Shown here: positions 38,595-51,200 of the stretch, one piece after another
Numbering within the stretch: position 1 is the stretch's first letter
How the letters are laid out: every line of letters starts with the position of its first letter
Origin: Moniliella sp. 'wahieum'
Taxonomy: Eukaryota
Direction: 5' to 3'
DNA length: 64,000 nucleotides
NCBI GenBank assembly: GCA_003971905.1
Contig: RSEE01000008.1
Span: 620,001-684,000 of the forward strand
Position numbers and translations under genes: made by a program
Notes under the pieces: model-generated
Told to the model about the DNA's origin: nothing
Databases searched by the model: none
Seen by the model: only the letters and a program-made list of their open reading frames with translations

Positions 38595-38868
38595 GTATGA
38601 AAAATGTGTGCACTGAAACAGTGCCCTTGTGCCTTATCGCTGAGGCCAGAGATCTGCCTATGCGTGCAAGTTCATGTGCAAATTGTTACCCCAGCACTCG
38701 CTCCTATCAACCACATGGCCTTCCGCGTATTCTCAAGCCCTACATTTTGCAAGGCGAACGAGTGGATGATAGCACTTTGGCATGGCATACCGAACATCTA
38801 TGTCAGTGGGTGCCCTGATGTCTCTTCGTCGTCGTCTGCCTTTTTGATCGACCCACACCACAGTGGGC

Positions 38869-40176
38869 CTACAGATGAGGCGTCTGTTCTAGCCACCCGC
38901 GCAGTCCTCGTAGCTCCTTGATTGGCCCGTCTGGACGAGAGGGATCAATAGGGGTGACACCGGGGCGCCAGCGCCAACGATCGAGAGTAGCCTGGTCCAG
39001 GCGACCCAGCAACGCGTCCGCCACATATTGCCCCATAATGGGCAAGAACTTGAACGAGTGGCCCGAGTCACCAGTCGCCAGCAAGAGGCTCTCCCCAAAA
39101 TCTGGGTGGGGACATAAGAGCCAATTGGCGTCGGGGCTGTCGGTGCACCAGCAGATGAGGGGGTCCAGGATTGGGCGACCACTCAACCGGGGCATCATCT
39201 TGGCGATCAGCTTGTGCATCGCCTCCAGTGCCTCGTCCGGCACGGCGTACTTGATCTCGGAAGGCAGCGAGACGGGGCCCCAGGGCGTAGGAGTGGTGTT
39301 TCGGTACCCAGGAAACTCGTTGCACAACTTGATCCTCCCTTCGGCCGACGGCTCAAAGAAGAATCCCATTTCTGAATGGTCAATGACTGGTAGCCCTTGC
39401 AGTTGGGCCGCCTCGTCGGGGCTGAGCTGGATGTGACCCACCGTCCAACACTTGGAGTCACACTGCTGTTTTAGGTCGACCAGCCCTGGGGTCCAGGCGC
39501 CTGTGCAAAGCACTGCGTGCCGTGTGACATGGGTGGTGCCGTCGCGGGTACGCACGCGGGTTATGCGTTGGCCTGTTGCGTCCGTTTCAGGGGCCATGTC
39601 AACCACCTCACCCTTGTCGCCCGAGAGAAAAGTAGCGCCGAGCCGCTGGGCCTCCTGAGCAGCAGAAGCGATCGCATCGCTGGCCATCGCCCAGCCGTTC
39701 ACTCCGTTCCACATACCGAACCAATCATCAATGTCACTCCCGAGCCAGCGGAGTGCAGGGACCTGGTCCTTGATCGCTTGTCCATCGTCCAAAACTTTTG
39801 TCTGTCCCGCAAAGTATGGATCGGCTTGCATGCGCCGATGGGGGGCAAAGATGAGCTGCTCAGCAGCAGGAGTGTGACGCGTAGAGGCGTCGCAGGCAAT
39901 TACCCAGCCTGTTTGGTGGAAGTGGGGGGAAAAGACGGGGTCCGACTTCCAGGTATCAATAGCATCTTTTGCCAAGGCAGTGTAGAACGGGTCCCGGTAT
40001 TCAGTGCGGACAATCTTGTTGAGATCGTTGCCTGCCGACACTTGGCTGGGAGGAGGGAACTTGTCAAGAGCAAGAACCTTGTATCCCCGCCGGACCAAAT
40101 GCAGTGCCGTAGAGGATCCGAATGTGCCACCGCCACCGATAATGAGGATGGTCTCGTCTTTGGTGGGTGGGGGCAT
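38869..40176 (-). CDS. FAD-dependent oxidase, fructosyl-amino acid/peptide oxidase (amadoriase)-like; sarcosine/pipecolate oxidase superfamily
   Basis: ILIIGGGGTFGSSTALHLVRRGY, SAGNDLNKI, FHQTG, GFFFEP, IKLCNEFPG, CWCTDSPD, LATGDSGHSFKFLP. Single uninterrupted ORF with no introns. Confidence 0.88.
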   Translation of the reverse strand: MPPPTKDETILIIGGGGTFGSSTALHLVRRGYKVLALDKFPPPSQVSAGNDLNKIVRTEYRDPFYTALAKDAIDTWKSDPVFSPHFHQTGWVIACDASTRHTPAAEQLIFAPHRRMQADPYFAGQTKVLDDGQAIKDQVPALRWLGSDIDDWFGMWNGVNGWAMASDAIASAAQEAQRLGATFLSGDKGEVVDMAPETDATGQRITRVRTRDGTTHVTRHAVLCTGAWTPGLVDLKQQCDSKCWTVGHIQLSPDEAAQLQGLPVIDHSEMGFFFEPSAEGRIKLCNEFPGYRNTTPTPWGPVSLPSEIKYAVPDEALEAMHKLIAKMMPRLSGRPILDPLICWCTDSPDANWLLCPHPDFGESLLLATGDSGHSFKFLPIMGQYVADALLGRLDQATLDRWRWRPGVTPIDPSRPDGPIKELRGLRGWLEQTPHL

Positions 40177-42114
40177 GGTGGTGGTGGAGAGGCTGATGCA
40201 GGCTAGTGAGAGATGGTGGAGGAAAGGGTCAAGAGTTATAGTACTTAGGCAATCGTGTCCTCTCAAAGGTTGAACAATGTGGCACCAGATCAAAGTATTT
40301 GAAAAGACGCTAGACACGAAGATGGCGGAGAATGAGCGCAACGCCTAGTGGTCGTGCGGTGCTACCTCAGGCATGGGTGTGGGTGGTGTGCCTGGTTGCT
40401 GGAAGGTACTCTCGGCTGATAGTGTTTTGACTCAAAGGGTCCCAGTGACACGGCGCGTGTGTTCGGAAGCCCACAACGTCCTAGATGGTCGTATCGTTGA
40501 CTTCTTTGCTCTATAGTTGCTAGGCGCTGGTTCCTACAATCGCTTTGAGCGCCAACGTCGTCAACGTTCATTAATGGTTCAACGTTGAGTGTTCAACGTG
40601 TTCATCGTTCAACTATAACGCTTTCCTTGGGTCTATGCACCGACCTAAGACCTGCTCTCTGTATTTTACGCCGAAGCGGGTAATAAGCGGAGCGAGCAAT
40701 GGTGTGCTTCCAAGCGCTTGCAGTGGTTTTGCCGGCAGGCACGTGAAGCTGCACATTGACTGAGTTTGACTCTTGAGCTTGAAGGGAGTCGCAAACGGGC
40801 CAAGGGCAGTTGATATTTGGAGCAGATAGCGAGCAGGAGGACTGATCTCGATCGCTCTCTATCGACTATCTCCATTGGTACGAAGATCTAAGATCTAAGA
40901 TTCGGCTCAGGAGCCGAAGCCCAAACCGAACCAGCGACACACCGCCCCCGAGCCATCCCAAACTTGCGCATCGGAGGTGCAGTAGCACCGGAGCAATCGA
41001 TTGAAAATTGGAGGCAATTAGCAGCAGTGTCGGCCCTGGAAGGGAGACAGCTGCTGTGCTGGTATCTGTTGTGGGGCATAATGATAACGGTGATCCCGGT
41101 GATCATCATAACGCCTGCAGCTTTTCTCGCAGTTGATGCATGATGAACGATGCATGATACGCTATACAACTTGCCAGGTGTGTCTCATGCAATCATGCAT
41201 ACCGGGTAGCTGAAGAGTACTGTGATGAGTGCGTGAGTGTATAGTACTGTTGCTTCAAGATGCGCCCCAAGCGACTTGTCGTGCTTTGCTCACCGCCCCT
41301 GAGCTCATAATCGCTCAGACTGAGCGTGCCAAAAAACCCCTGCAATTCCTCCCCGCCCCCCACTGAGTAATGAGTCAGTGCCACGTACTGAACGCGCTGA
41401 GCGCCGAATTAAGAGAGAAACAGAACACGGCTCGATTCAAGTCTTACATGGCATAACCGGCATAACCCCGGAATATCTCACCTTTGAGCCCCCAAGGGCG
41501 AATGCGAGCCGATGCGAGCCCCAGCCGGTACAAGAACATACACTTTTGCTGCAAAGCGCCGCCGTTTGTATGGCGGAGGGGGTGGCAAATGGTAAACCGG
41601 GCCGCTCCCGTGCCTTCTCCCGCATTTCTAACTGTGGAAACCTCTCACAGTGTACAAGAGGGGTGTGGAGGGAGAGCAACGCGCGCCAACCTAGTCTCCG
41701 TGCTTATTTCCCGCACCTCTCCCTGCTCCCCTGCAATGTGAGAGAGATAGCGGAACTGATCCACAAACTGCCGATTGCTTTTCTCGATCCTTGGCACCAA
41801 ACCACTGCTTCTCCTCTGCACAAGGGGGATGTTTTAGGTACAGAGAGATAGCACCTTTTGCGCAACGCGCGTTAGCGGTTCCCGCGTATATGCTTTTCTA
41901 TACTCTGTTGCGTTACCGGGTTACCACTGTCTGTTCCTACTTACCTTTCCACCCCCCCTCTCCCTAGTCTTCCAAGTCGATGACGACAATTGATACTGCG
42001 CGGATAGGTCTTTGAGGTCACCGTATATAGTGTCCCCAATCTCATTTCTCCTTCTCTGCTTATCTCCTCCTATCCCTTCCTTTCGCTTCCACCACATACA
42101 TTCCGACCAACCCC

Positions 42115-43798
42115 ATGCCAACAAACGACGAGCTAACGGACTTCAAGGCTGAGGGCGAGACCAAGCCTGAGGTGGTTGTGGCCACCCCAGAAGGGTACGA
42201 CGACGGCGAAGTTCCAGCATACACCGGCGAGCGTCCAGCCCGCCACTGGCTGGTTCGTTGGGTCCCCGAGGCCGTTTGGCGATGGCGCCGAACCTCATTT
42301 GCCCAGATGCTCACCCTGTCTGCGTTAGCCTTTTGCGGTCCAGCGATGGGCGACGCCATCTCCAACTTAGGTGGCGGCGGGCTGGCCACAGCCAATGCGT
42401 TTCTTGCCGCATCGGCGTCTGAGTATGCCATCATGGCTGTTCTGTGCTTTGTCGGAGGCTTGCTCATCACCCGTTTTGGTGTCGTGCCAGTGGCGATTGT
42501 AGGTTCGGCATGTTTCCCCTTGTACGTTCATTCCTTTTGCATTGTGTTGCATGGCTCGTACCATGTATGTGGACGAGGAGGAGAGGTCACTGACCGTGTT
42601 TTCTTTATTGATCTCTATAGCGATGGTTCTTCCCTCTACGTCAATTCCAAAGGCTCCAACACTGCCTACCTGATCGCGTGTGAAAGCATTGCAGGCATAG
42701 GGAATGCGCTCTGGTACGTGTGCGAGAGCTGTCTCGTGCTTAGTTTGCCCGAGGCCAAGCACCGAGGAAAGTACGTGTCGTCCCCGTTTCTAGTATAAGA
42801 ATTGTGCAGGATCGTTCTTCCCCCTATGCGCGTTTCCCTGACCACATGTGCAATAAACAGATACCTGGGCATGTGGATCCTGTCGCGTAATCTGGGCCAG
42901 TTGGTGGGCGGCGCGATCAACTTGGCGCTGAACGTGGACGATTCGGCTGCGGGGTCAGTGACGCCATCAGTGTACATTATCTTTATGGTGATTGAGTGCC
43001 TTGGCTTTCCCCTCTCCTTTTCCTCACCGACCCCAAGAATGTGATTCGCTCCGATGGCACGACTATCAAGACCACGGCGCATAGCGGATGGAAGAATGAG
43101 TTCAAGCTGCTGCTCAAGACGGCAGTCTGGCCCTTTTTGGTCCTCTTGCTCCCCATGAGTTTCTACTCCTTCTTCTACATTAGCGTGTACAACAAGTACC
43201 TTACCGACATCTTCTCTGTGCGTGCGCGCGCGCTTAGTTCCCTCATCAGCCCCGGGTTCTGCGTTGTGGGTTGCTTTGGCCTGGGCGTGCTGTTGGACTA
43301 CCAGCGGTGGAACCAGCGGACACGCGCCTACGCCGGTCTTGCCGTTGTTTTCCTCAGCGCAGCCGGTCTGTCAGTATGGTCAATTGTGGTGCAGGTGCAG
43401 TTTGACCGTCACAGTCCAGGGGTGGTGGACTGGACGAGTCCGGTATGGGCCAAGGCGTTCCTCAACTTCTTTTTCATCAACACGTTTGGGCCCATTGGGC
43501 AAAGTTATGCGTATTGGCTTTTGAGCTGCCGGGCAAGCGACGTACAGTCCAATGCGCGCCTCGGCGGCGTCTTCCGCTCGGCCGAAGCTATTGGTCAGGC
43601 CGTCTCGTGCGGCCTCATGTCGCGCAAGAATGTGAGTGCCTTGGCTGGCTTCATTGTCAATGCGGCATTGATGGTGGCGTCGTTTGCACCCACGGTCGTT
43701 GCCGCCCACTCGGTGCCGCCGGTCGAGGTCACTTTGACGCCGAAAACGCGGCTTCTGCCAAACCAGAAACCAAAGAAGCCGACAAAGAAGATGCATGA
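42115..43798 (+). CDS. UNC-93-like MFS transporter
   Basis: AFCGPAMGDAISNLGGGGL, PEAKHRGKY|LGMWILSRNLGQLVGGAINL, VIRSDGT, FSVRARALSSL, GVFRSAEAIGQAVS. Introns at about 42522-42620 and 42771-42860. Frameshifts near 43020 and the C-terminus. Confidence 0.85.
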
Positions 43799-44768
43799 AC
43801 CGCGTGAACAGAGGCACCACCGATCCCACTCCTTTTATCACGACTTGCTTGGGTCCTATAAGCAGTACCTAACTACACCTCACGGGCACACCAGGGGCGC
43901 TGCCCACACCCCATTACGTTGTTTGTATAATCTTTCCTGTGGACTGTGCGTCGGGGGGGGGGGGGGGAACATACTACTAATCCCCACCCACCGATATACA
44001 TATCACGTTGATACGACTCATATGCGGGGAGATAGCGCTGGGGTATCCTAGTCTGCATCTGTGCTAGTCGTAGTAGTGTTGCAGCCAGCGTGGCCGATGT
44101 TGCGCCGGAAGAGTAGTCTTCGCTCTTCAGCCCCCCCCCACTGGACGGCTTGACTGGCGGTGCGCGGCTGGGCTGCTGTACACAAAAGGGTATCTCAACG
44201 GTAGCCGTTTCCTTCATTTGCGGTGCCTGCTGGTGCACCTCCCCATGCGTTTGTGGCCGAAGCTAGGAATGAGCATGGCAGTCAGCCTCGGGACTAGTGA
44301 CAAATGCCAGCGGAGAAGACACTGACGACGTATTCGATGGGGCGAAGAGGAGGGCTGGGGATGGACACCGGGATTGAAATTGCAAACCGACGCCGGCATC
44401 GACCAAAAAGAGTGGTCAATATGAGGCTTGAACTCATGACCTTGGCATCACCAACACTCTCCAAGCGGAGACATATTAGTACCACGCTCTGACCAACTGA
44501 GCTAATCGACCATTTACGATCTTGCATCAGGCCTGAGATCGGATGCACTTGTGTTCCACTTGCTGTTGGTGCTTTTCAATGTTGATTGACTGCCCCGGAC
44601 TGAGTCTGGGCTGCTGCTCCTACCTCTCGACATCTCACGCCAATCTGCCCGGAACACACGAAGACGGGCAGGGGTACATGGTATCATTCCAACAACAGGC
44701 CAAACAAGCAGGACAGATCGTCTAGGCTGATCATCAACGGTCCAGGGCAGTAAGGTAGGTGGTATACT

Positions 44769-47480
44769 TCAGCACCTCCCCCAGCAAGTAAACGCGCCGG
44801 GGTGGAAGTTGGCTTGCGCACGCGCCGCGTCGGTGCGCAGCTTCAGTTCGCGTTCCAACGCCACCTCCAACATTGGCACCGTCACATCCCACGTTTTCTG
44901 GCTGGGAGTGGTGAGGCTAGCACGCGACAAGCGCGTGGGCGCCGGGCCCATCGGCCACCGCGCATGGAGCGTAGGCAAGAACGCTTCGTGAGCCAGCAGA
45001 TCGGTCTGAACCTGCAAGAGACGGGTACGCAGTTGTACTTGTTGCTCCGCCACGCTGCGGACAGCACCCACAAGCGGAGGCATCGGTGTGACCCAGAGCG
45101 CAACGTGCAGCGGCATCTCTTTCCTCAGTGCCAACCGTACGGAGGTGGCAAGATGTTCCCGGGATCCTGTGAAGCGTTCGACGAGAGAAGAGGTAGACTT
45201 ATTGGAGCGCAAAGAGGCAAGCGAACGGCCACTGCCGCGCCACACCACACTCGAAGTTGGAGTTGTTGAAGGCGTCTCGATACGCTCCTCCTCATCCGAC
45301 AGCGCAGAGGCCAAAGAGTACGTTGAGGAAGGCCGGGGCAGCGGACCCCAGCCGTACTCCTCTGACCCCACGGCCGGTGGCAGGGGGGCCGCGTGCACCG
45401 GGCCGCCCAATAAAGGCAAGCGTTCACCCACTCACGAGCTAACAGCGGAGTCCCCGCCCCAAATACCCATATAGCCCCCGAAGGAAGATGAAGCGTCCAC
45501 CCTGTCTTGCCTTGCGGGGGTGGGAAGTCCCCCACGGGCCCAGTCCAGGGATCGTTCTTCTCCCCGTGTGCAGGAGCGAGACGAGCTCGGGAATGGGTGA
45601 GGGGAATTTCACCCGTGAGCACCGCATGGGCGCGCCAATTCCCATCACCGAGGGGAGTTATTGTGGGGCAGAGAGCCGACGCCCAGACGATAAAAGCGTA
45701 AACGCCCTTCCTCAACTAGGGCAAAGGTTTCTGTCCACGAACGCAGATCCCGGTCTTTGACTCGCTTGCGCATTTCGCCAAGCGCCTGCTTACGCAACAG
45801 CAGACCTGACATGGGTGCCTCAAGGTCCTCCGAGCCGACCGCCTCTCTTTCGGCCGTAGAACTAGACTGGGAGAGACGGGATGCTGCAGGCGAACCCGAA
45901 GGAGCTGGGGAGCGTGACCTGGATCTCCGAGAAGGGGTGTGGTGGGGACTGGAGGGCGGGATAGTCAATTCGATGGGGGGGAAAGAGCTGGTGCTCGCCC
46001 CCCAGGAGCGAAGAAGGATGCTGCCCCTCTTTGGAACATCGCTGCTGCCTCGTTTGGGAACATCGCTGCTACCAGGCGCAGGGAGCCGGATCTGGTGGGT
46101 CTTGACACCCATGTACATGTCCTTCAAGAGAGTTTTCATGTCGGTCCCCCACGCTTTCTCGCGTTCTTCCGTTTCCGCCTCCTCGTCAGTTGACAGAGTG
46201 GAGAGCCCGGCAACGCCGAACGGCCCTGTCCCCAAAGACATGCTGATCCGATTCAAGGCGCGGGCCGCCCGACCTGGGGCATGTATATGTGCTGCTCCAG
46301 TGCTCGGGGCGGGAGGAGGACCGGGGGGGAGATCGAGGGAGGGAGACTCTCGTCCCAGTCCCAGGGAAGATTCGGATCGTACCTCAGGCTCCTCTTCCAT
46401 ATCGGCTCCGTGTTGGGTGAGCCAGGTGGCAGCAGGTGCCAATCCATCCGCTGCAAGGGCATGCATCGTGTTCAGCACATACTCAGAGCGAGTCATATGC
46501 CGTCCGTTAAGATCCGCAATGTGCAAGTCGGTGTTGAGCAAGACCAACGAGTAAGCAAGCGAATGGACAGCAGCAGGAGAGAGGAAAAGGAGGGTCCGCT
46601 GTGGCGAAGGTAGGCATTCCCAGTAACGCTGAGCAAAAGCAGCGAGTAGGCGGTCGACCTGCTGGGTTTCAGCCTTGAGGTACAAGTGGTCACACAATCG
46701 TCGGAAAGCAGCGTCTAGTCGAAGACCGTGGAAATCAAGGCGAGAGAAGTATGCAGGTAGAGCTGCTTGGGCTTCTGGAAGATCGGAGCCGAGCCAGGCG
46801 GCGACTTTACTGCGCGGGAGGAAGGAGGCGTCACCTGTCCAAATGCGTCGGGCTAATGACTCGCCAATAGAATCGGCGGCGGAATCCGATATGAGCTCCT
46901 GGGTCCTGGGGGCAGGGGGGGAGGCAGAGGTGGTGGTGGTTGGGGCGTGAGGCGAGGCGCGTTTGGAGACCGTGCCATCAGCTGGGGTGGAGATCGGGAG
47001 GGGTGGGGCGGAGAGGGGTACCTTGGAGGCAGAGGTGGGGTCGAGGAAGGATTGGTCCAGAGCGAGAGCAGGCAATACGGGTGGGGCATCGGATATAGGG
47101 AGTGGGTCGTGGGTCGTGTGGGGGTGCGGCGAGAGGCAGCGGCCATGTGCATCCAGGTCAAGAGCCGGCCACTCGTCTCCTTCATTCGCCGCCGAGAATT
47201 GCCAGGGGGAGGGTCATGAGTGGTGGTGGAGATGGAGTCGGTGGCAGTGCTGAGGGAGTGGGAGTGGGATAGGGAGGAGCCTCGCTGGCTCGCGGGGGCG
47301 AGGCGGTGCGCGAGGTTCCACGGCGGGCCATGGGCATGGCGGCGCAGCTGGTGCCAGAGAGGCCGCGAGACGGAGGCGGAGGGGAAGACGAGGGGCGGGG
47401 AGTGGCGGACGCGGGGGATGTGGGGGGTGCGGGGCCTGCTTGGCGCGATGGGCGTGGGAGCTGCCGTGGGAAGGATGCGG
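44769..47480 (-). CDS. Sec7 + PH domain ARF guanine-nucleotide exchange factor (Syt1-like)
   Basis: LDFHGLRLDAAFRRLCDHLYLKAETQQVDRLLAAFAQRYWEC and HSLAYSLVLLNTDLH (Sec7). Later GLLLRK..SWTETFALV..G.LRFY and EWVNACLYWAAR (PH), then EEYGW. Start not resolved. Confidence 0.85.
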
Positions 47481-48249
47481 CACGCGAGATGGGCGCTGTG
47501 GAGGACGTGGGGGGGTCGGGGGGGTCGGGGGCGGCAGGGGCGGCAGGGGTGTGGAGGCTGGGGATCGTCAGGGGCGTGGACGCCGTAAGCTGGCGGGGTG
47601 CGGTGCTCGGCAGCACGTGGACGGAGCACAGGCAGAAGAGCGCACCCGCGCATCCGCGCCACACACACTGGCGCCGTGCCAAGCGGTGGCAACCCTAGGC
47701 CATGCGCCGCGCGCGGCCTGCTCGGCTGCGACCTGCCAGGGCACCCCCCCGCGCCCCCTGCACCAACCTGCACCTCCTTGCAGGGTGTCGAGGCAGGATG
47801 GCTTATCGCCTGGTCACTGCCCCCGCGCCATGTCACATGCTGTCACATGTCACATGACATGTGCTCATCACACGTCACGTGACGCCACCATCGCTTGTCA
47901 CAACGACATGTCACATGCCACTTCACACGTGTCACAGGGGCCAGCCGCGATCACATGATCACAGCGATCCACGAGCCACGGGTCCAAGTGGCACTAGGAA
48001 AAACCCCCTGTTTCCTATGTGGGTTGTTTCCTATGCCCTTTCACCAGTCACCATACACATCATCTCATCGCCATTGAATATGACATGGGACTCCATCAGA
48101 TACTACCCCTTCCGTCCTACAAAAATGGAATCCCTTTTGCTTAGATCTAGACCTCAGAGATCTACACTCAGGCCTTCTTCACAGGCACATGCAACCAGTC
48201 ATATGATTCATCACAGCAGAGCCAGGTGTAATAGTCGCTTTGTGTGTCT

Positions 48250-51200
48250 CTACTCATCCGCGTCCTCGGAGCCAAACCCGTCCGACCATTCGGCGATCAT
48301 GTCGAAGCCCTCTGGTTCCACCATATCCGCCATGTCCAACTCGTAATCCGGATCGTCCCAATCCACCTCTTCGACGTAGTCTGTTCCCTCCGGCACAGCT
48401 GGCTTCTTGTTTCCCGACCCACCCTTGCCCTGGTGCTCAGAGGCCGAATCAGTTTTGCGGTCGACGTTCGTACTCCCTGGGATGCCCTTGGATGAGTCGT
48501 GCACGGTGCCGGAAACATCAGTCTTGCTCTTGACTTCGGATGCAGCTTTCTCATCCTTCAGCCCCTCAGGTACAGACATAACACCATCCGCGGGATCTTC
48601 ATGTTTAGACGTAGGTTCTGCCTGGGGAGCAAGCCGGTGGGAAGCATTTGTCTTGGAGATCTTTGGCTGCGAGTGCACGTGCTCAGGCTTGGATTTGGAC
48701 TCAGACGGCTTCTGCGCCTCTGGAACGGCCACACCAACGGTTTGGGCCTCTTTCTTCTGTTCCGCTTCCTTCCCTTCTTCATTTTCTCCGTCATCTCCTT
48801 CATACTCTGGTTCTCCCAAGAAATCGTCGTACCCTGCATCGTGGTCCACCCCCTCCACCTCGTCCACATCCCCGTCCACATCCAAATCATGCTCCAAGCC
48901 GAGGTCCTCGCTTTCATCCAGGTCGAGACGCGGCGTGGAGCCACCCGGTCTCTCTGGCCGAGGCTGATCAGACCCAGAGGTATGTGGTGCAATAATGCTC
49001 ATAGGGGGCCCGGAAATTCCGTCAACGCCCAAACCCACCCGAGTCGGGTTTGTTGTGGTGAACGTGGCCCTGGTATTGGAAGGAGCAGGAGAACTGGTGG
49101 CGCTTTCATTGGTCTGAGCGGTAGCAGAATTGCTCTCTCGCGAGGCAGACACCCCAGAGCCTAGTGCCCGCTGATCCACCAAGTTAGGAGCGCCGTTAGA
49201 CTCGGATTTAAGCTTTGTTCCAGGGGCGGAGTGAGAGGAGGAAGGTAGGGGCGCGTCAGAGTACGACGTCGATTTCCCCGCCGGCTTCGATCCCTCCGTC
49301 GCCCGGTTCTCAGTTTGATCCTTCCCTTGGTCCTTAAGTTGGGTATTAGCTTGGGCAAGTTGGTCCTTAGTTTGGTCCTTAGTTTGATCCATAGCTTGGT
49401 CCTTACTTTGGCCCATAGCTTGGTCCTTTGCTTTGCCTTTTGCTTTGCGTTTAGCTTTGCCTTTAGCTTTACCTTTAGCTTTATCCTTAGCTTGGACTTT
49501 ACCTTGGTCTTGATCTTGATCATTGGCTTGATCCTTAGCTTGGTCCTTAGCTTGATCATTAGCTTGATCATTAGCTTGATCATTAGCTTGGTCCTTAGCT
49601 TTGCCTTTAGCCTGGTCCTTAATTTGGCCCAGAGACCCGTTCTCGGCCTGATTCTTAGGCTCATTCTTAGCCTCGTCCTCAGTCGTCCCCTTAGTTACGC
49701 CCTTGACCACGCCCTTAGGTTCGTCCTTAGGTTCGTTTTTAGGTTCACCCTTAGGTCCGTCCTTAGGTTCGTCTTTATATTCGGCCGTAGGCCAGCCCTT
49801 GTGCTCTTTTGTGGTTCCCTCCTTGAACTTCGCTTGGGAGTCTTCATTTTCCATCTCTTCAGGTTTCTCCTGGCTCGTGAGAGCGGTCTTGGCTTCATGG
49901 GGCTTGTGAGATTCAAACGTGACCTGCTCGGGTTTGTCACCAGATCCGGCCGTAGTCTGCATAAACATTTTTGAGGTGGCTGGCGCATCCAGCGTTCGCT
50001 CTTTTGTTGGGGGTACCAAAACGGGACCAGTGGGAGCCGAGGCGTTCGTCTTGGGTGCGGGCACAGACACATGGGGGGGCAAGGAAGTAGGCTCTACCTT
50101 GAGCTCATCCTTGACTTTAGACTCTCTACTGGGCGTGTTCTGCTCCTCAGAGTCAAGAGCAGCCTCCTTACCCATCTCATTCACTTTGGGCTTTTGCTTC
50201 TCCTGAGAGCTGGCTTCGGCGTTCGCCTCGGAATTTTCAGACTTGGACACCAGCTTCGCTCCCTTCTTTAGCCCATTTTCTGTATCAGTATCCTTGAGCC
50301 CTTGTGACTGGGGTCCTGGAGAGAGCAAAGTGTCTGGTACAGGCTTGGAAGGTTCCTGCTGCCCCATAGCTCCGGCTGACTCAGCACCCAAAGGAAACGC
50401 AAACTTGAAGCCTGTCATGGCAGGCGCTTTCCTCTCCTCATCAAGGGGAAGGGCTTGGGTCGGATGTTTCTTGGTGCCGAGGGAGTAAAGGAGTGCGCGC
50501 CCGGTCCGCTGGCTGGGGTTAACCCTGCGGCTGCGGCATCACCAATAGCGTGACCAACCAAGGGCGGCTCGGAGGTCTGTCCGAGCGTGCCAGGCCGTTC
50601 ACCCAGACTGAACCGGTCAGTCGAAGGCAGAACATCTGCCGTAGGGGTCCGCGCGCCAAGGACAATGGGAGGCCCCGCGGAAATGGGGAAATCCGGAAGG
50701 GCCTCAGTACTATGAGTGAGAATCGGGGTGGCCTGGGCATGGTAAAAAGCAGTAGCTACAGCGGGACCCGTGCGCATGCGGGTGAGGACCTGTGTAGCCG
50801 TCCTGGAGGATGGGCGAGATGAGGAAGAGGAGGGAGAGGATGAGCTAGCGAGTATGGCAGGTGTGTCGGGCGCGGCCATGTGTGCGCTGAGCTCGAGTTG
50901 GTCCAAAGCGAGCGATGAGACGAGTGATTGAGAGGCGATGTTGCGCATCGTCCCAGGTATCGCGCCAAGAGGGGGCAGACTCGGTGGCTGTGTACGTCGC
51001 GAACGTTGAACCGACAAAGAGGCCAGACGGTCTTCCAACTCATCCGTTTGTCGTTGCATCTCATTCATCTTCTTCCTCAATTGGACCTGAGCCGTGGCTT
51101 GCTCGGCCCCAATTTTTCTGACACGTAGCTGGGCAGCGTACTCAGGGTCCATCTGTGCCTGCACAAAGCACGCAGCCTCGATTCTCTTCGCCTCTAATGC

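Noticed and set aside
2545..47480. Arl1-like GTPase and Syt1-like GEF (partners in yeast) in the same window
   Set aside because: More than 40 kb apart with many unrelated genes between them; chance is sufficient.
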